Assembly: GCF_009914755.1 (NCBI RefSeq)
Contig: NC_060928.1
DNA: 64,000 bases
From: the human T2T-CHM13v2.0 reference genome, Homo sapiens
Direction: 5' to 3' (one strand)
The stretch's first letter is position 1, and every line of letters begins with the position of its first letter. Under the pieces are notes generated by a model that saw only the letters and a program-made list of their open reading frames with translations, was not told where the DNA came from and did not search any database. Below are positions 45,623-59,581 of this stretch, in pieces. The translations under genes were made by a program, and so were the position numbers.

Positions 45623-45938
45623 CATTAGCCTCAGCAAACTAACGCAGGAACAGAAAACCAATCACTGCATGTTCTCACTTATAAGTGGGAACTGAACGAT
45701 GAGAACACATGGACACAGGGTGGGGAACACCACACACTGGGGCCTGTTGTGGGACAGGGGAGAGCATCAGGAAGAATAGCTAATGGATGCTAGGCTTAAT
45801 ACCTAGGTGATGGGTTGATCTGTGCATCAAACCACCATGACACACGTTTACCTGTGTAACAAACCTGCATGTCCTGCAGGTTTGTTATATAGGTAGCAAA
45901 TACGTACCCCAGAATTTAAGATAAAAGTTGGAAGAAAA
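45623..45938 (+). mobile_element. Short L1 3'UTR insertion (older L1PA/L1PB)
   Basis: cctcagcaaactaacgcaggaacagaaaacc...; 20-bp TSD gaaagaaaagtcagggcctt (45603-45622, 45939-45958). Confidence 0.92.
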
Positions 45939-46124
45939 GAAAGAAAAGTCAGGGCCTTAAATTGCAATCCTCTCTCTCTTAAAAATGTTTTAAAAATATT
46001 TTTTCCCTATGACAAGTCACTTTATTTCTTTAGGATTGTTTATTCACATTTAACATGTGAAACCTAAAGAATATAACTGTTGAAATGATTAAAACATTTT
46101 ACATGAGTTTTATTTAAATAATAA

Positions 46125-46330
46125 GCAAATTCTGAGGCATATAAATTCGAGTCAAAACTCCCACATTTTTAGTTAAGCTTCTCTAAGCAAGTTACTTTGC
46201 CTCAATAAGTCCCAGTTTCCTAGTTTATCAAATGGAGATCATACAAATATCTAACTCATGGGTTTTCTGAGAAGACTAATTAGATCATGAAAAGGATCTG
46301 GAAAATAGTGTCAACTGATATTATTGGTGT
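46125..46330 (+). mobile_element. MIR
   Basis: gcaagttactt...cccagtttcctagtttatcaaatggagat...ctcatgggtt. Confidence 0.65.
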
Positions 46331-46599
46331 TTTCATTATGATATGAAGTTCGTTTGTTGGTCTTCCATCGGTTATGGTGATGAGTCTGCTCACTGTACTT
46401 GAACTGTCCTTTCAAGACTCCTTGTCCCATTACTGTGTCCTTCTTTTTCCCAGGTGCTGTTAGAGACTCTCAAATACCTTTGGGGATTATATATTTTTAT
46501 GTCTGGTTCTTCTTACTTGTAGAACAAGTTCCTCCAAGGAAGAAAGGATGTCTGTTTCATCTCTCACCCTTAGAAAAGTGCCTAGCCTGCATTCAACTC

Positions 46600-46875
46600 A
46601 CAACTTGTTAATATTAATTAGGCACTAACAAACGCTAAGCCCTGCTATATATATCCAATCTGTGCAATTTCATTCTTGCATGAATGTTATCTCATTCTGC
46701 CTCTATGAGGTAGGGATTATTACAGCACCATCTTAATTTTGCAGTTGAGAAACTGAGGCACAGGGAAGTTGAAAACTTGATGAAGGTCACATAGTAAGAG
46801 GTAGAGCTGGTGATTTGACTCCAGGCTGGTTTTCCTGAAACCTTTCACCCTTATCCATATTGTTACATTGCCTTC
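46600..46875 (-). mobile_element. MIR (donor of the 43477-43718 copy)
   Basis: ttttgcagttgagaaactgaggcacagggaagttg...aaggtcacatag. Confidence 0.85.
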
Positions 46876-47149
46876 TAGGGAAATGCAACATAAATAAACA
46901 TTTGGAAATGTCCTTGCCCTGCAGGGGCAAAGGATAAGACCAAGAATATATGTTATAATCAACAAACCAAGTGAAACTAGCTGGGGCATATAGGTATACC
47001 TTGGTGTCAGAAGAATAAAACAAAAGGGTTCTCTTCCCATTAGATTAAGTAGAGAGCAATTATTAATCTTAAATGAGAAAACTGAGTCCCAAGAATGAAG
47101 CCATTTATCTAATATTATTCACTTGATTCAAGTTAACCATCCTCTGGTC

Positions 47150-47310
47150 CAGAGGTTCTCACATTTTAATATGTATCAGAATTACACAGAAGACTTGTTA
47201 AAACACAGACATGAAGACCCCAACGTCAGAATTTCTTATTCAGTTTATCTGGGGTATTTGACTTCCAGTAAAATCTCAGATTATGGTGATTACACTGGGC
47301 TGGAGCACTG
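47150..47310. mobile_element. MER5-type hAT-Charlie MITE
   Basis: cagaggttctca...atcagaattac...cttgttaaaacacaga...gagcactg. Confidence 0.75.
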
Positions 47311-49924
47311 TTCCAGTGCAAAGCTCAACCTACAGTCCTGTACTACGATCCTTTGTGGTTCCTTGAGTTTTGGCATGGGAGGATGACACATCAAGAGAAG
47401 GTAATAAGAGCAGCGATCGGTGGGTTGTGGAGGGAAAAACCGTGCATTCTATTCCTGGGCAGATTTATTTGGAGTCAGAGAAGAAATGCTGCACAGAACT
47501 TTTAAGAAGATAAGCCACAGTCTCATACATAGATTTCCACACTTTCATGGTGCTTAGAAGCAACAGAAAGATTTGCGCACACAGCAAATCATAGTAGAAA
47601 GTGATAGGAGTGCTGGCAAGTCTGACAGCGTTCATGGATGAGAAACTTGCGTTATGTAACATGCTAATCAAGTTCATGGTTAGTAACTTGCATGGGTGAA
47701 TGAGAAGAGGCCATCACTCCACAAATGATGCCTTGATCAGGCGCACCCCACTCCAATGCCTCAGACTATGTGACCCCATCCAAGTTAAACAAATCCCATG
47801 CTATATTATAGGAGACTCCAGATTGACAGAGAATAATTGTCTACCACACTAGAAATTAGTTTGTACAGTTGAATTTGTGGATGGAGAATTATATTCAATC
47901 ACAACCTAAAACAGGAGAGCCCTAAGCCTACATACTTAGTACGGAAACCTAAATGGCATTTATCATTTCAGGAGGAAACACAAAGGTTTTAGGAATTCTA
48001 GGAAATATTAGTAAGCATCAACATATGAAATATAGTTTAGGTTCTTACAGGAACTCCTACTAGATGGCTTGCATTATTTGGGTCAGACACAGTTTTTCTT
48101 TCTGTATGTCCTAAAGTTTTTCCATTTTACATCAACATTTAAGTCTTCGAAAATGATAGAGACATACCTAAAATTCTAAATGGTAATTTTTAAAATAGTT
48201 TCTTTCTGATGTTATTTCACTATTCTTCTCCATTTTCTATATTCCTCCCCCAGACAATACAAGGGTATAGTTAGCACTACACTTAGGGAATTATAGATCC
48301 CAAAATTGGGTATTAAATCATATCAAGTTTTTAACATTTTTACTGTAAAGAGCAGTGATCCAAATTCTTTATTAAAGTACACAGTAAAGTTTTGTACAAT
48401 ATAACTTTGCCCATTTAATCTTTCAAGTTTTAAAGGCTGTGAAGTAAAACTTAACCAAAAAGAATTAGAGAAATATTTATTCATCACAAAGTGTTCTTAG
48501 TATTTGGCTTTTCCTTCTTGGGTGCAAAGTTTTCTTCTCCAATTTTTTAGCTAATTACTACCTGCTCCTTGTTCACTGGAGGACTGAAAATACAGCTACT
48601 TCCACGGATCTCTGACATCCAGGTAGACATCTTGGGAACACTGATGAAACTGATAACAGGCCATTTTATAGGGCCCTAAAAGCTACTCAAGAAACTAACA
48701 AGGTCCATTAGACTTTCTGTCATGCATATGATGGGAAAAAATATACCACCATAAGATCCACTCAATTGTCCTGCTGCGACAGCAGTAGCTATTGTGTGTG
48801 AGAGGTTTTTGGAAGGTGGCTCCACCTTGGTGTTTATGCTCTGCTGGCTAGTGGGAGTTTCAGGTAAGCCACCATAACAGAAGGGGCTTTGTGATAGGCT
48901 ATCAGTGACAAACAGGAACGACAACATGCAGCCCAGGGGTTTGACAAGGAGGAGAAGCTCAACAAAGGAAGAATGACCTGCTTCAGTTTCCCATTTCAGT
49001 CTAACATTTACTTTCTCACACAAAGCTTAGCTTGGTGTGTTGGTGTCCAAATCACATTCAAACCTTGTACAGAGTGACAGGAGTCAAGCTGAGATACTTT
49101 AAGTGGATTTCTTTTCTTTCTACCTTGCTTTGAACTTCTTTTAAACCTACAGATGTTTGGCAGAGCCGTCCATACTAAGAAGCTGAAAAAGAGAAAAAAA
49201 TGGAAGATATGCTCCCAGGTTAATAATTTGTTTTTACATATATGGAGTGCGCATGTGTGAGTGTATGTGTTAAATCTGTTCTATAGGCCTGGTCTTTGCT
49301 ATATGTAAGTGAGGATCTAATAGGTAAGCTTCCTTTCTATCTTATTAAAAAAAGAGTGCTTTTTAAAATCAAGAGCCATATAAACTCTCAATTTTGTAAA
49401 CATTTGTTGAGCACCTACTACTCAATATTACACTGCATCCTGATGGGAGAGACAGATGTAAAGATGATCAACACATGGTATAGCAACTTGTTCTCTGGTA
49501 AGGAAACTGAGATGTGTAGCCAAATAATTATAAGGTGTGCTATTATTACAATATTGTTACCAATGCCACATTTTCTATCCAGGCATTTCCAGAATTTTCT
49601 TGTATTTCTTAACTTGCCAATTCCATCTCATACCTTCTCATTTATGACACATAACATCATCTCTTACCTGAGAAACCCTAACATGAGAAAAGGCACTTCA
49701 CCTGTCATTATATAGGAGTTTAATAAGGATAAAAATGGCATAGGTGCCTGGTCAAATGTTGGGCCATAGGCCCAACAGAACCGTATGGAACACAGAGCTA
49801 GTCCTCAGATTTAAAGGTAAAAAATGTGGGTGCTATAACAACATATCACCTCTCTATTTTTGCCCATGAATAATTCAGACTTTTGTTTCATTTTTATGCT
49901 CTCCTAAAAGGAAGAATGAAGAAA

Positions 49925-50125
49925 ACTATTCATATTCTGTATGCCAGGTACTGTGCTAACATTTCAGACATTGTGTCTCATTTAATCCTCACTGCAACCC
50001 TCTGAGGTCAGTATTATGATCTGCACAGATGAGGACACAGGCTCAGCATGGTGTCACAGTTAGTAGGATTCAAATGCATGTCAGTCTAAATATTATATTC
50101 TTTATCTAGCACACCAACACTCTAT
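49925..50125 (-). mobile_element. MIR
   Basis: tatgccaggtactgtgcta...tctcatttaatcctcac...acagatgagga. Confidence 0.8.
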
Positions 50126-50326
50126 GTAAAGCTGGTTCCTTCCATTTTACATAGTATAAAAAAAGGAATCAGGAAGGATGGTAGCTGCTTATGAAGTATT
50201 TCACACCTTTCTCATGAACACATGCTCAAGCATTTCTTTTATTAAAAAAATAGCACTTTCCCTATTAGTCCACTATCTTACCTCAAACCTTGCTTTTGCT
50301 GCCGAATTTTATTTTTTAAATGTTAT

Positions 50327-50692
50327 TGATATGGTTTGGCTGTGTCCCCACACAAATCTCATCTTGAATTGTAGCTTCCATAATTCTCACATGTCATGGG
50401 AGGGACCCAGTGGGAGGTAATTAAATCATGGGAGCAGATTTTTCCTGTGCTGTTCTCATGATAGTGCATAAGTCTCAGGAGATCTGATAGTTTCATAAAG
50501 GGGAGTTCCCCTTTATGCAAGCTCTCTTGCCTGCCACCATGTAAGACCTGCCTTTGCTCTTCCTTCATCTTCCACCATAATTGTGAGGACTCCCCAGCCA
50601 TGTGGAACTGTGAGTCCATTAAATCTCTTTACTTTATAAATTACCCAGTCTCAGGTATATCTTTACTAGCAACATGGGAATGAACTAATACA
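50327..50692 (+). mobile_element. THE1 (C/D-like) solo LTR
   Basis: tgatatggtttggctgtgtcccca...actaataca; TSD gttat/gttgt. Confidence 0.92.
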
Positions 50693-50697
50693 GTTGT

Positions 50698-51210
50698 TGA
50701 CTTTTTTTAGTATAGTTTTAGATCCACAGAATAATTGAGCAGATAATACACAACATTTCATAAACCAACATCCAACCCCACCATATACAATTTCCCCTAT
50801 TCTTATCATCTTGCATTCGTGTGGTTCATCTGTTACAATTGATGAACCAATGTTGATACATTATTATTAACTACACTCCATAGTTAACATTAGGGTTCAC
50901 TCTTTGTGTTGAATATCTATTGGTTTGATAAACGCATACTGACATGTATTCACAATCAGTCTCATACAGAATAGTTTCACTGCCCTAAAAATCCCCTGTG
51001 CTCCACCTACTCATATCATCTTTCCTTTCTCAAATCACCTGCAACCACTGATCTTTTTACTATGTCTACAATTTTGCCTTTTCTAAAATCTCATAAACTT
51101 GGAATCACACAGTATGCAGCCTTTTTATACTGGCTTCTTCCACCTAGCAATATGCATTGAAGGTTCCTTCCTAGCTTTTCATGCCTTGATAGCGTATTTC
51201 TTTTTATTGC
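50698..51210 (-). mobile_element. L1MB/MD-type 3' end
   Basis: gttacaattgatgaaccaatgttgatacattattattaact...agtttcactgccctaaaaatcccctgtgctccacct. Confidence 0.8.
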
Positions 51211-51346
51211 TCTAAATTTTATTTCTGTGAAAAAATATTTTGACACAATACATCACACTCTGCAATGACTGCTAAGGATACAAAGATTAATAGGACACAA
51301 TTCCTACCTTGCAGATCTTACTGTTTAGCACTAGTAGAAAGGAACA

Positions 51347-51712
51347 AGTCTTAGTTCTTTTTGTATTGCTATAACAAAATACCACAGACTGGGTAATTTA
51401 TAGAGAAAATAAATTTATTTCTCACAGTTCTGGAGGCTGGGAAGTTCAAGACTGAGGGTCCAGCAGCAGTGAGGGCCTTCTTGCTGTGTCAGAACATGGC
51501 CGAGGGCATCACATGGCAAGAGGATATGATCATGCCTACTGACTCAGGTTTCTCTTTCTCGTCTTGTAAAACTACTAGTCCCATCCTGGGGGCATGTGAT
51601 GACCTTATCTAATCTTAATTACCTCTCAAAGGCTCCACCTCCAATCAACATATAAGTTTTGTGATTAAGTTTCCAACACATGAAATTTGAGGGACACATT
51701 CAAACAATAGCA
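51347..51712 (-). mobile_element. MST-type MaLR solo LTR
   Basis: gtcttagt...gctataacaaaataccacagactgggtaattta...gggacacattcaaacaatagca. Confidence 0.85.
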
Positions 51713-52363
51713 GTTTGAATGAACCATAAACCAAAAAAAAAGTGATAACATTTTATAGGTATTATAATAGAAGTCTATAGGGGTTAAAAAAGAAGGACAA
51801 AGTGAGGAGAATTTCATCTTACTCCACTTACAGAAGAGTCAGGAATGACTCCCTACATGATTTGGTGTTTGAGCTGAGAGACCACCAAGAGCCAAGGCAG
51901 ACACTGTGAGCCAAGCTGGAAAATTTTAGGTGGAACAGCATGACATGTGAGAAAAGCAAGAAGTTCAGCCAGAAGATGGTAGAAGTGGACACAAATATGC
52001 TGAACTCTCAGATCCCACCTTTTTTTCCACAACAGTTATCAGCTTTCATATAACAAATGTGTACTTGTTGTTGTTGTTTTTAATTGTCTTCCTCCTGCCA
52101 CCAGAAGATATAGCCCTAAGGGCAGGGACTTCAGCTTTGTTCATGTCTGGCCAATAGGTAGCTTGAGATAAATATTTGTTGAGTGAAAGAATACACAAAG
52201 CAAAGTTTTATCAGTGTCTGAGGACTTCCTTGTAGGAATAAAAAGTATCATAAAAGGATGGATTAACTCTTTCAGGTAAACAGGCGACCATTCTAATCCT
52301 AATTTATAGATTTCCAACAACTGCTACAAAGTTTACACTACCTTCTAATTCCACACATTTTAA

Positions 52364-53209
52364 CAGTCTTAATGATAGGGATATGCTCTGAGAAATGTGT
52401 CGTTAGGCGATTTCATCATTGTGCATACATCATAGAGTGTACTTACCACATACCTGGGCTATATGGAATAATCTATTGCTCCTAAGCTACAAACCTGTAT
52501 GGCATGCTACTGTACTGAACACTTTAGGCAATAGTAACACCATGGTAAATATTTGTGTATCTAAACAGAAAAAGTACAGTAAAAATATGATATAGAACTT
52601 AAAAAATGGTAGACCTGTATAGGGCACTTAGCATGAATGGAGCTTACAGGACAGGAAGTTGCTCTGGGTGAGTTAGTGAGTGAATGTGAAGGTCTAGGAC
52701 ATCACTGTACTACTGCACACTTTATAAATGCTATACACTTAGGCTACACTAAACTTTTTTTTCTTTTTTTTTTTTTTTGAGACAGAGTCTCACTCTGTCG
52801 CCCTGGCTAGAGTGCAGTGGCGCCACCTCAGCTCACTGCAACCTCTGCCTCCTGGGTTCAAGCAATTCTCTGCCTCAGCCTCCCCAGTAGCTGGGATTAC
52901 AGGTGTCCGCCACCATGCCCGGCTAATTTTTGTATGTTTAATAGAGACGGGGTTTCACCATCTTGGCCAGGCTGGTCTTGAACTCCTGAGCCCATGATCC
53001 ACCCACCTCGGCCTCCCAAAGTGCTGGGATTACAGGCATAAGCCACCGCACATAGCCTTATTTTTTAAATAAAGGAATTCTGCTATGACTTTATGACAGC
53101 TAGATGTCACAAAGAAATAGGAATGTTTCAGTTCCATTATAATCTTATGGGACAACAGACATATACCCAGTCCATTATTGACCAAAATATCATTATGCAG
53201 CATATGACT
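52364..53209. mobile_element. Tigger3-type TcMar DNA transposon fossil, interrupted by an Alu
   Basis: ctgagaaatgtgtcgttaggcgatttcatc...; terminal ttgaccaaaatatcattatgcagcatatgactg followed by TA. Confidence 0.85.
52755..53057 (-). mobile_element. AluS
   Basis: Dimeric Alu with T tail. Confidence 0.93.
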
Positions 53210-53779
53210 GTAATTGTTTTATTTCTCCAAATTATACTGGAAGACAGAAAAAGAAATATCCAAAGCTTTCAAAAATGTCAGATAAATTTGCTGACCTTTG
53301 CACACCGTTATTTAGATAAAACCTTTTTTTCCAGTACTAATTCAAGGTCTGTTCTCATAAATACCTCTTGCTATAACCTAACATAATATGGCAGGTACTC
53401 AAAATAAGGATGTAATAAGTTAAATAATTATGCCAAAGAAAAGCTGAGATAGGCACTCAATTCCTTATTTTTATACAGCACATCTTATGACTTTCAGAAT
53501 TTGGAATTTTAAAATTATCTCTTTTATGGTTAGACTGGAGGGTAAACTTTTAACCGGGAATGGTTCATTCCCATGTCATGGTGGTATGGGCATGAGGAAG
53601 TAATATTCTCTGAACATGACTGTGCTTCAAATACCACTGCTCCAAGATAAGATGAATGCCCTGAGCACTGATTGCAGTGATAGGAATGATAGAGAGAAGA
53701 TGATTCTGTTCTGTGACCATAGTGACTGTTTTCATTTTTAGACAGAATTGCCCAGGTTATTACTTTCCCCAGGTAACAT

Positions 53780-54892
53780 TTTTTTTTTATTTTTATGGGT
53801 ACATAGTACTTGTATATATTTTTGGGGTATATGGTTTATTTTGATACAATATGTAATAATACAAAGGCATACAATGTGTAATAATCACATCAAGGTAAAT
53901 GAAGTATCCATCATCTGAAGCATTTACCCTTTGTGTTACAATTCCGTAATACTCTTTTAGCTATTTTTCAATGTACAGTAAATTATTATTGACTGTAGTC
54001 ATGCTGTTGTGCTATCAAATACTAGATTTATTCATTCAAACTATATTTTATACCTATTAATCATCCCCCACTTCCTCCCCAACTCCCCTTGCACTACCTT
54101 CCCAGCCTCTGGTAACCATCATTCCACGCTCTATCTCCATGGGTTCAATTATTTTAATTTTTAGCTCCCACAAATAAGTGAGAACATGACAAGTTTGTCT
54201 TTTTGTGCCTGGTTTATTTCACTTAATAAAATCACAACCAGTTCAATCCGTGTTTTTGCAAATGATAGGATCTCATTCTTTGTTTAGGGCTAAATAGTAC
54301 TCCATTGTGTATATGCACCACATTTTCTTTATTCATTCACCTGCTGACAAACACTTGGATTGCTTACAAATCTTGGCTCTTGTGAATAGTACTGCAACAA
54401 ACATGAAAGCACAGATGTCTCTTCAATATACTGATTTTCTTTCTTTTGGGTATGCATTTAGAAGTGGGATTGCTGGATCATATGGTAGCTCTATTTTTTT
54501 GTTTGTTTGTTTTTTTGAGGAACTTTCAAACTGTCCTCCATAGTGGTTGTACCAGTTTACATTCCCATCAACAGTGTTCCAGGGTTACCTTTTCTTCACA
54601 CCCTCACCAACACTTGTAATCACTTGTCTTTTGAATAAAAGCCAGTTTAACTGGAATGAGATGATATGTCATTGTAGCTTTGATTTGCATTTCTCTGGAG
54701 ATCAATGATGTTAATCACCTTTTCATATGCCTGCTTGCCATTTGTATGTCTTCTTTTGAGAAATGTCTATTGATATCATTTGTCCATTTTCAGCTGGATT
54801 ACTACATTTTTTCTTGTAGAGTTGTTTCACCTCCTTATATATGCTCATTATTAATCCCTTGTCAGATGGACAGTTTGTAAATATTTTCCCCA
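53780..54892 (-). mobile_element. L1MA-type 3' end
   Basis: tttagctcccacaaataagtgagaacatg...gggattgctggatcatatggtagctctatt...cttttgagaaatgtctatt. Confidence 0.9.
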
Positions 54893-54899
54893 GCAAGCA

Positions 54900-57480
54900 T
54901 TTTATGAAAAGAACTGGTTTTCTTAATCCCTTGTCTTCTCGGTTCTTAGATTCTTCCTCAAATCCAACCTCATTCATCCATGTTTAATGCCATAACCTTG
55001 GACCCTGACACCACTAGTAAATATACCAGAGTAGAAAAAAAGTTTTAATGTCAAGTTTCCACCTTTTTGAGATGCATTCTTTCTGTATTCCTCCCCTTTC
55101 CCACTTCCAGTGTCAGCAATTATCCAACTAGTGGGAGAGAAGTGAAATATTTTCCATTCCCATTAACTCACTCATTAATTACCTCTCCCAGTCTAGAGTC
55201 TATGGATAATCATTATAATCAATTCATTTTAACTTCTTTGTCCTTCTCTCTCTCTCTCTTACTCTACATTATTCCCATTTAAATAAAGCCCAACCATGGT
55301 TAAACTCAATTGTCCTTGTAGTCTTCCCCTCTGCTTCAGAAGCTGAATTCTCCTGGAGAAAACCAACAATCATGTAGGCTGACCTTTCTCTAAACTTCTG
55401 ACCACTAGTCTTAGAGGAGCACTCACCAGTGCCCAGGAATCCTTCTATACTTTCCATTCTTTGGTTCAAGTTTCAGATCTCCTTTCTCTTCATATCTCCA
55501 AAAACCACTCCCTTCCACAGCTCATGAACTCACCTCATTCTTCCCTGAGAATAAAGTAGCAATCAGATGGGAGCTCCTTCAACTTTCCACCCCAACTTTA
55601 TTAACTTATCTGCATCTACACTCGCATTCTCTGCCTTCCTTTTACTACAATGAATTAAAAAAAGTTTTCCGTGTGCCTAAAAATGCCAACCCCTCCCCCT
55701 TTCTTTCTAAATATCATCTCCTTTTCCCAAGTTCAAGAAATTCAAGCCTGTAATTATCCTATGACTCCCCGGTATCATTAGACTCCCTCTGTCTACTGGA
55801 TAATTTCAATAAGCATAAAGACACAAACTGTCCATTTTTTAAAAATCTCCTTTGACCTCATATTATACTCCAGTTATTACTAAATTTTTATAACCCCTTC
55901 AAAGCAAAACTTATCAAAAGATGCCTATATTTAGTGAGTTCCTTTTATCATCTCTTTTATTTTCAATCCACTCCAGTAAAGTTTTTCTCCCCTTTCATTA
56001 CAATCCACTGAAATGGTACTTGTCAAGGTCACAATAATGTCCATAGTGTGAAACAAATGGTCACTTGTCTGTCCTCATCTGACTTGACCTTGCAGCAACT
56101 TTCCTCCTTCTTGAAATGCTTTATTCTCTTGAATTCCATGTCATAACATTGTCTCTTTCTCTTTCCATCAAAAGGGACTCTCTACTTAGCCTCTTTTGCT
56201 AGCTGTGCTGGGCGTCTTTCACTTCTTTATTATCTAGACCAGGGGTGTCCAATCTTTGGGCTTCCCTGGGCCACATTGAAAGAAGAATTGTCTTGGGTCA
56301 AACCTAAAATACACTAACACTAACAATAGCTGGTGAACTAAAATCAAAAAAAGTGCAAAAAAAAAAATCTCATAATGTTTTAAGGAAGAATTTGTGTTGG
56401 GCTGCATTCAAAGTTGTCCTGGGCCACGTGTGGCTCATGGGGCGTGGGTTCAACAAGCTTGATCTAGACTCTCTGCTGAGATGGCTTCCAATCCCATGGC
56501 TTGATTATGTGTGTGCTGTAGACTCTCCATTTTGAACTGTAGCCATGACCTCTCCCTCTGAGCTCCCAAAAGTGTTTCTCTCTCTGTCTTCCCTAGCTAA
56601 TAAAGGGCATCACCTTCAATTCACTTCTTCAGGTAAAATTTCTTGAAGTCATCCTTGACTTACTCCTACCTCTGACACCTCGTATATCACCTACACACAT
56701 ACTTACTAATCAAGGATCAAGCCTGATCAGCTCTGTCTCAAAAAATATCCCAGCCCACAAATTTATCTGTCCACATCTCTTCAGCTTTGCTGCTACCATC
56801 CTTGTCTATGCCACTGACATCTTTTTGCTAATAGTATGGCAATAGCTTCTGAACATTCTCCTTGCTTTTCTTTTGGAGCCCCTAAAATCTATTCTTCATT
56901 CAGCAATCTGAGTGAACTTTCTACAATGTAAATAAGATAATGTTAAGCTCCTTCTTGAAACTTACCAATGGCTTCTCTTTGCACTTGGAATCAATTGCGA
57001 ACATCTTCTTCTTTCCTAAATGGGCTTCTATGATCTATCCCAAGCTAGTTCTCTAACCTCACTATATCCTGCCACCCCTATTTTGGCCACACTGCCTGGT
57101 CTTTTTTATCTTCTTCAAGTCCACCAAACTCCTTCAAAACTCAGAGTCTTTGAAATTGCTTTTCTTTCTGCCTAGCATAATCTTCCACCCAAATCTTCCA
57201 CAAAAGGCTCCTTCTAATAATTCAGATCTCAGCTCAATCAGGAGATGTCATCCCCAGGCCCCAGAACGTGAACCTCCCCCCAGGTCACTATTATCAAATG
57301 ACTATGTTTTATTTTTCTCATAGCATTTATTACTATCTGAAATTATATTATAGCTTTAGTTTACTGTCTGTCCCCCTTCTTCTAGAATACATATAAGCTT
57401 GAATGTAGATCTTGAATAATCTCTTTCACTCTCATATTCAACCCCAGTATTTGCTATATGCACCACTAACACCACGACCA
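54900..57480 (+). mobile_element. L2 fragments (long, pyrimidine-rich)
   Basis: cttgtcaaggtcac...ctgtcctcatctgacttgacct...tcttgaagtcatccttgact...ttcagatctcagctcaa. Confidence 0.7.
56240..56461 (+). mobile_element. MER30 hAT-Charlie MITE
   Basis: caggggtgtccaatc...acaagcttg; perfect 8-bp TSD atctagac (56232-56239, 56462-56469). Confidence 0.92.
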
Positions 57481-58157
57481 CTTTAGGATTCTCTGCAATC
57501 AATAGTCACAAGCATATTGAAGAATTAGTATAACATTGTAATATTCCAAATAATGGAAATAGAAAAAAAGAGAATTGCTCACAATTTTTCATGGATTAGC
57601 TAAAAATAACTACAAATTATCTTTAGTTCATTTTTAAATATATTCTAGAAAATGACAATAAAAATAAGACCAAAACTGACCGAATCTATAGATAATAAAA
57701 GTCTGACCTATACATCTTACTTTTAAAATTCTGGTACAATTATTAAATAGAGATAGAAAGTTTATTATTAAAATTGATATCAATTGTAAAGGTTCACAAT
57801 ATTGTGAACGTACTAAATGTCACTACGTTGTAAAGTACTCCACTATGTAACACAAAGTAAATAGTATAAATCATAGCAAATTTTTTAATTATACAGAAAT
57901 TATTTCAGCTGTGACCTGAAATAATTAAATTAACTGGTCTTCTGTTCCAAGATTATTTCTAATAAAATCAACATTGATTTCTTTTTTAAACTGATATCAA
58001 AATGCAAAAAGAAAAACAATTCTTCCCTGTAAAATTTATGTAAGAAGTATTTACACTGGTGAAACTTATTTCAGTATAATAAAATTCAAATGTAAAATAC
58101 AGGACATAATTTAACTTCTCTGTAAAAAAAAAAATTAACAAATAAATAATTTGGTTT

Positions 58158-58823
58158 TGCCACAGTCTGAATGCATCCCCTAGCCAGATATGGTGGCTCA
58201 TGTCTATAATCCCAGCACTTTGGGAGGCCAAGGTGGGAGGATTGCTTGAGGCTGGGAGTTTGAAACCAGCCTGGGCAACATAGCGAGACCACATCTCTAC
58301 AAAAAAATTTTTAAAAATTAGCTGGGTATGGTGGCATATGCCTCCTGGGTCCCAGCTACCCAGGAGGCTGAGGGCAGGAAGATTACTTGAGCCCAGGAGT
58401 TTGAGGCTGCAGTAAGCTATGATCACACCACTGCACTCCAACCTGCGTGACAAAGCAAGACTGTCTCTAAAATTAAATAAATAAATAAATAAATGTATCC
58501 CCCAAAGTTTATGTGTTGGAAACTCAATCTCCAATGCAACAGTGTTGAGATGTGGGAACTTTATGCCGTAATTAGGTAATGAGGGCTCAGTCTTCATAAA
58601 TGGATTGATGTTACCACAGGAGCGGGCTCAGCCTTCTCTTGTTCTTGCTTTATCAAGTACTAGGGCCCTTCTGCCTTCTGCACCAGGATCACATAGCAAG
58701 AAGGCCTTTGCCTGAGGCAAGCACCTCAGCCTTGGACTTTCCAGCCTCCAAAATTATAAATTTCTTTTTTATATAAATTAGTCTGTGGGATTCTGTCACA
58801 GCAACACAAAAGAGACTTACACA
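58158..58823 (+). mobile_element. MST-type solo LTR interrupted by an Alu
   Basis: cccaaagtttatgtgttggaaactcaatctccaatgcaacagtgttgag...gcaacacaaaagagact. Confidence 0.85.
58182..58493 (+). mobile_element. AluJ with (TAAA)n tail
   Basis: Dimeric Alu; aatg(c/t)atcccc on both sides (TSD). Confidence 0.93.
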
Positions 58824-59090
58824 GGCTTACTTGAGTTTGCCTCAGAAAATATTTACATTGCAATTTTACTTATGTCTTGGCTTTTGATTAAATACAAAGC
58901 CAAACATTCTTAGAGTCAGAATGATTGGGTTAAAACAAAGAGATAAAATAGTCCACTATCCAAATATAACTTGTTTCTCAGAGGCAAGAACCAGGGAAGA
59001 ACTCATCTGCTTTTGATTTTAGGGTTCCCTCCCCTTAGGAATAGAGTCTTAATACAGCAACATAAAAGATATTTCTAAAATGTAAATTAG

Positions 59091-59581
<491 letters not shown>

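Noticed and set aside
57986-58597. 203-aa minus-strand ORF and similar Alu-spanning ORFs
   Set aside because: Composed of antisense Alu plus LTR sequence, with typical Alu-derived peptide text.
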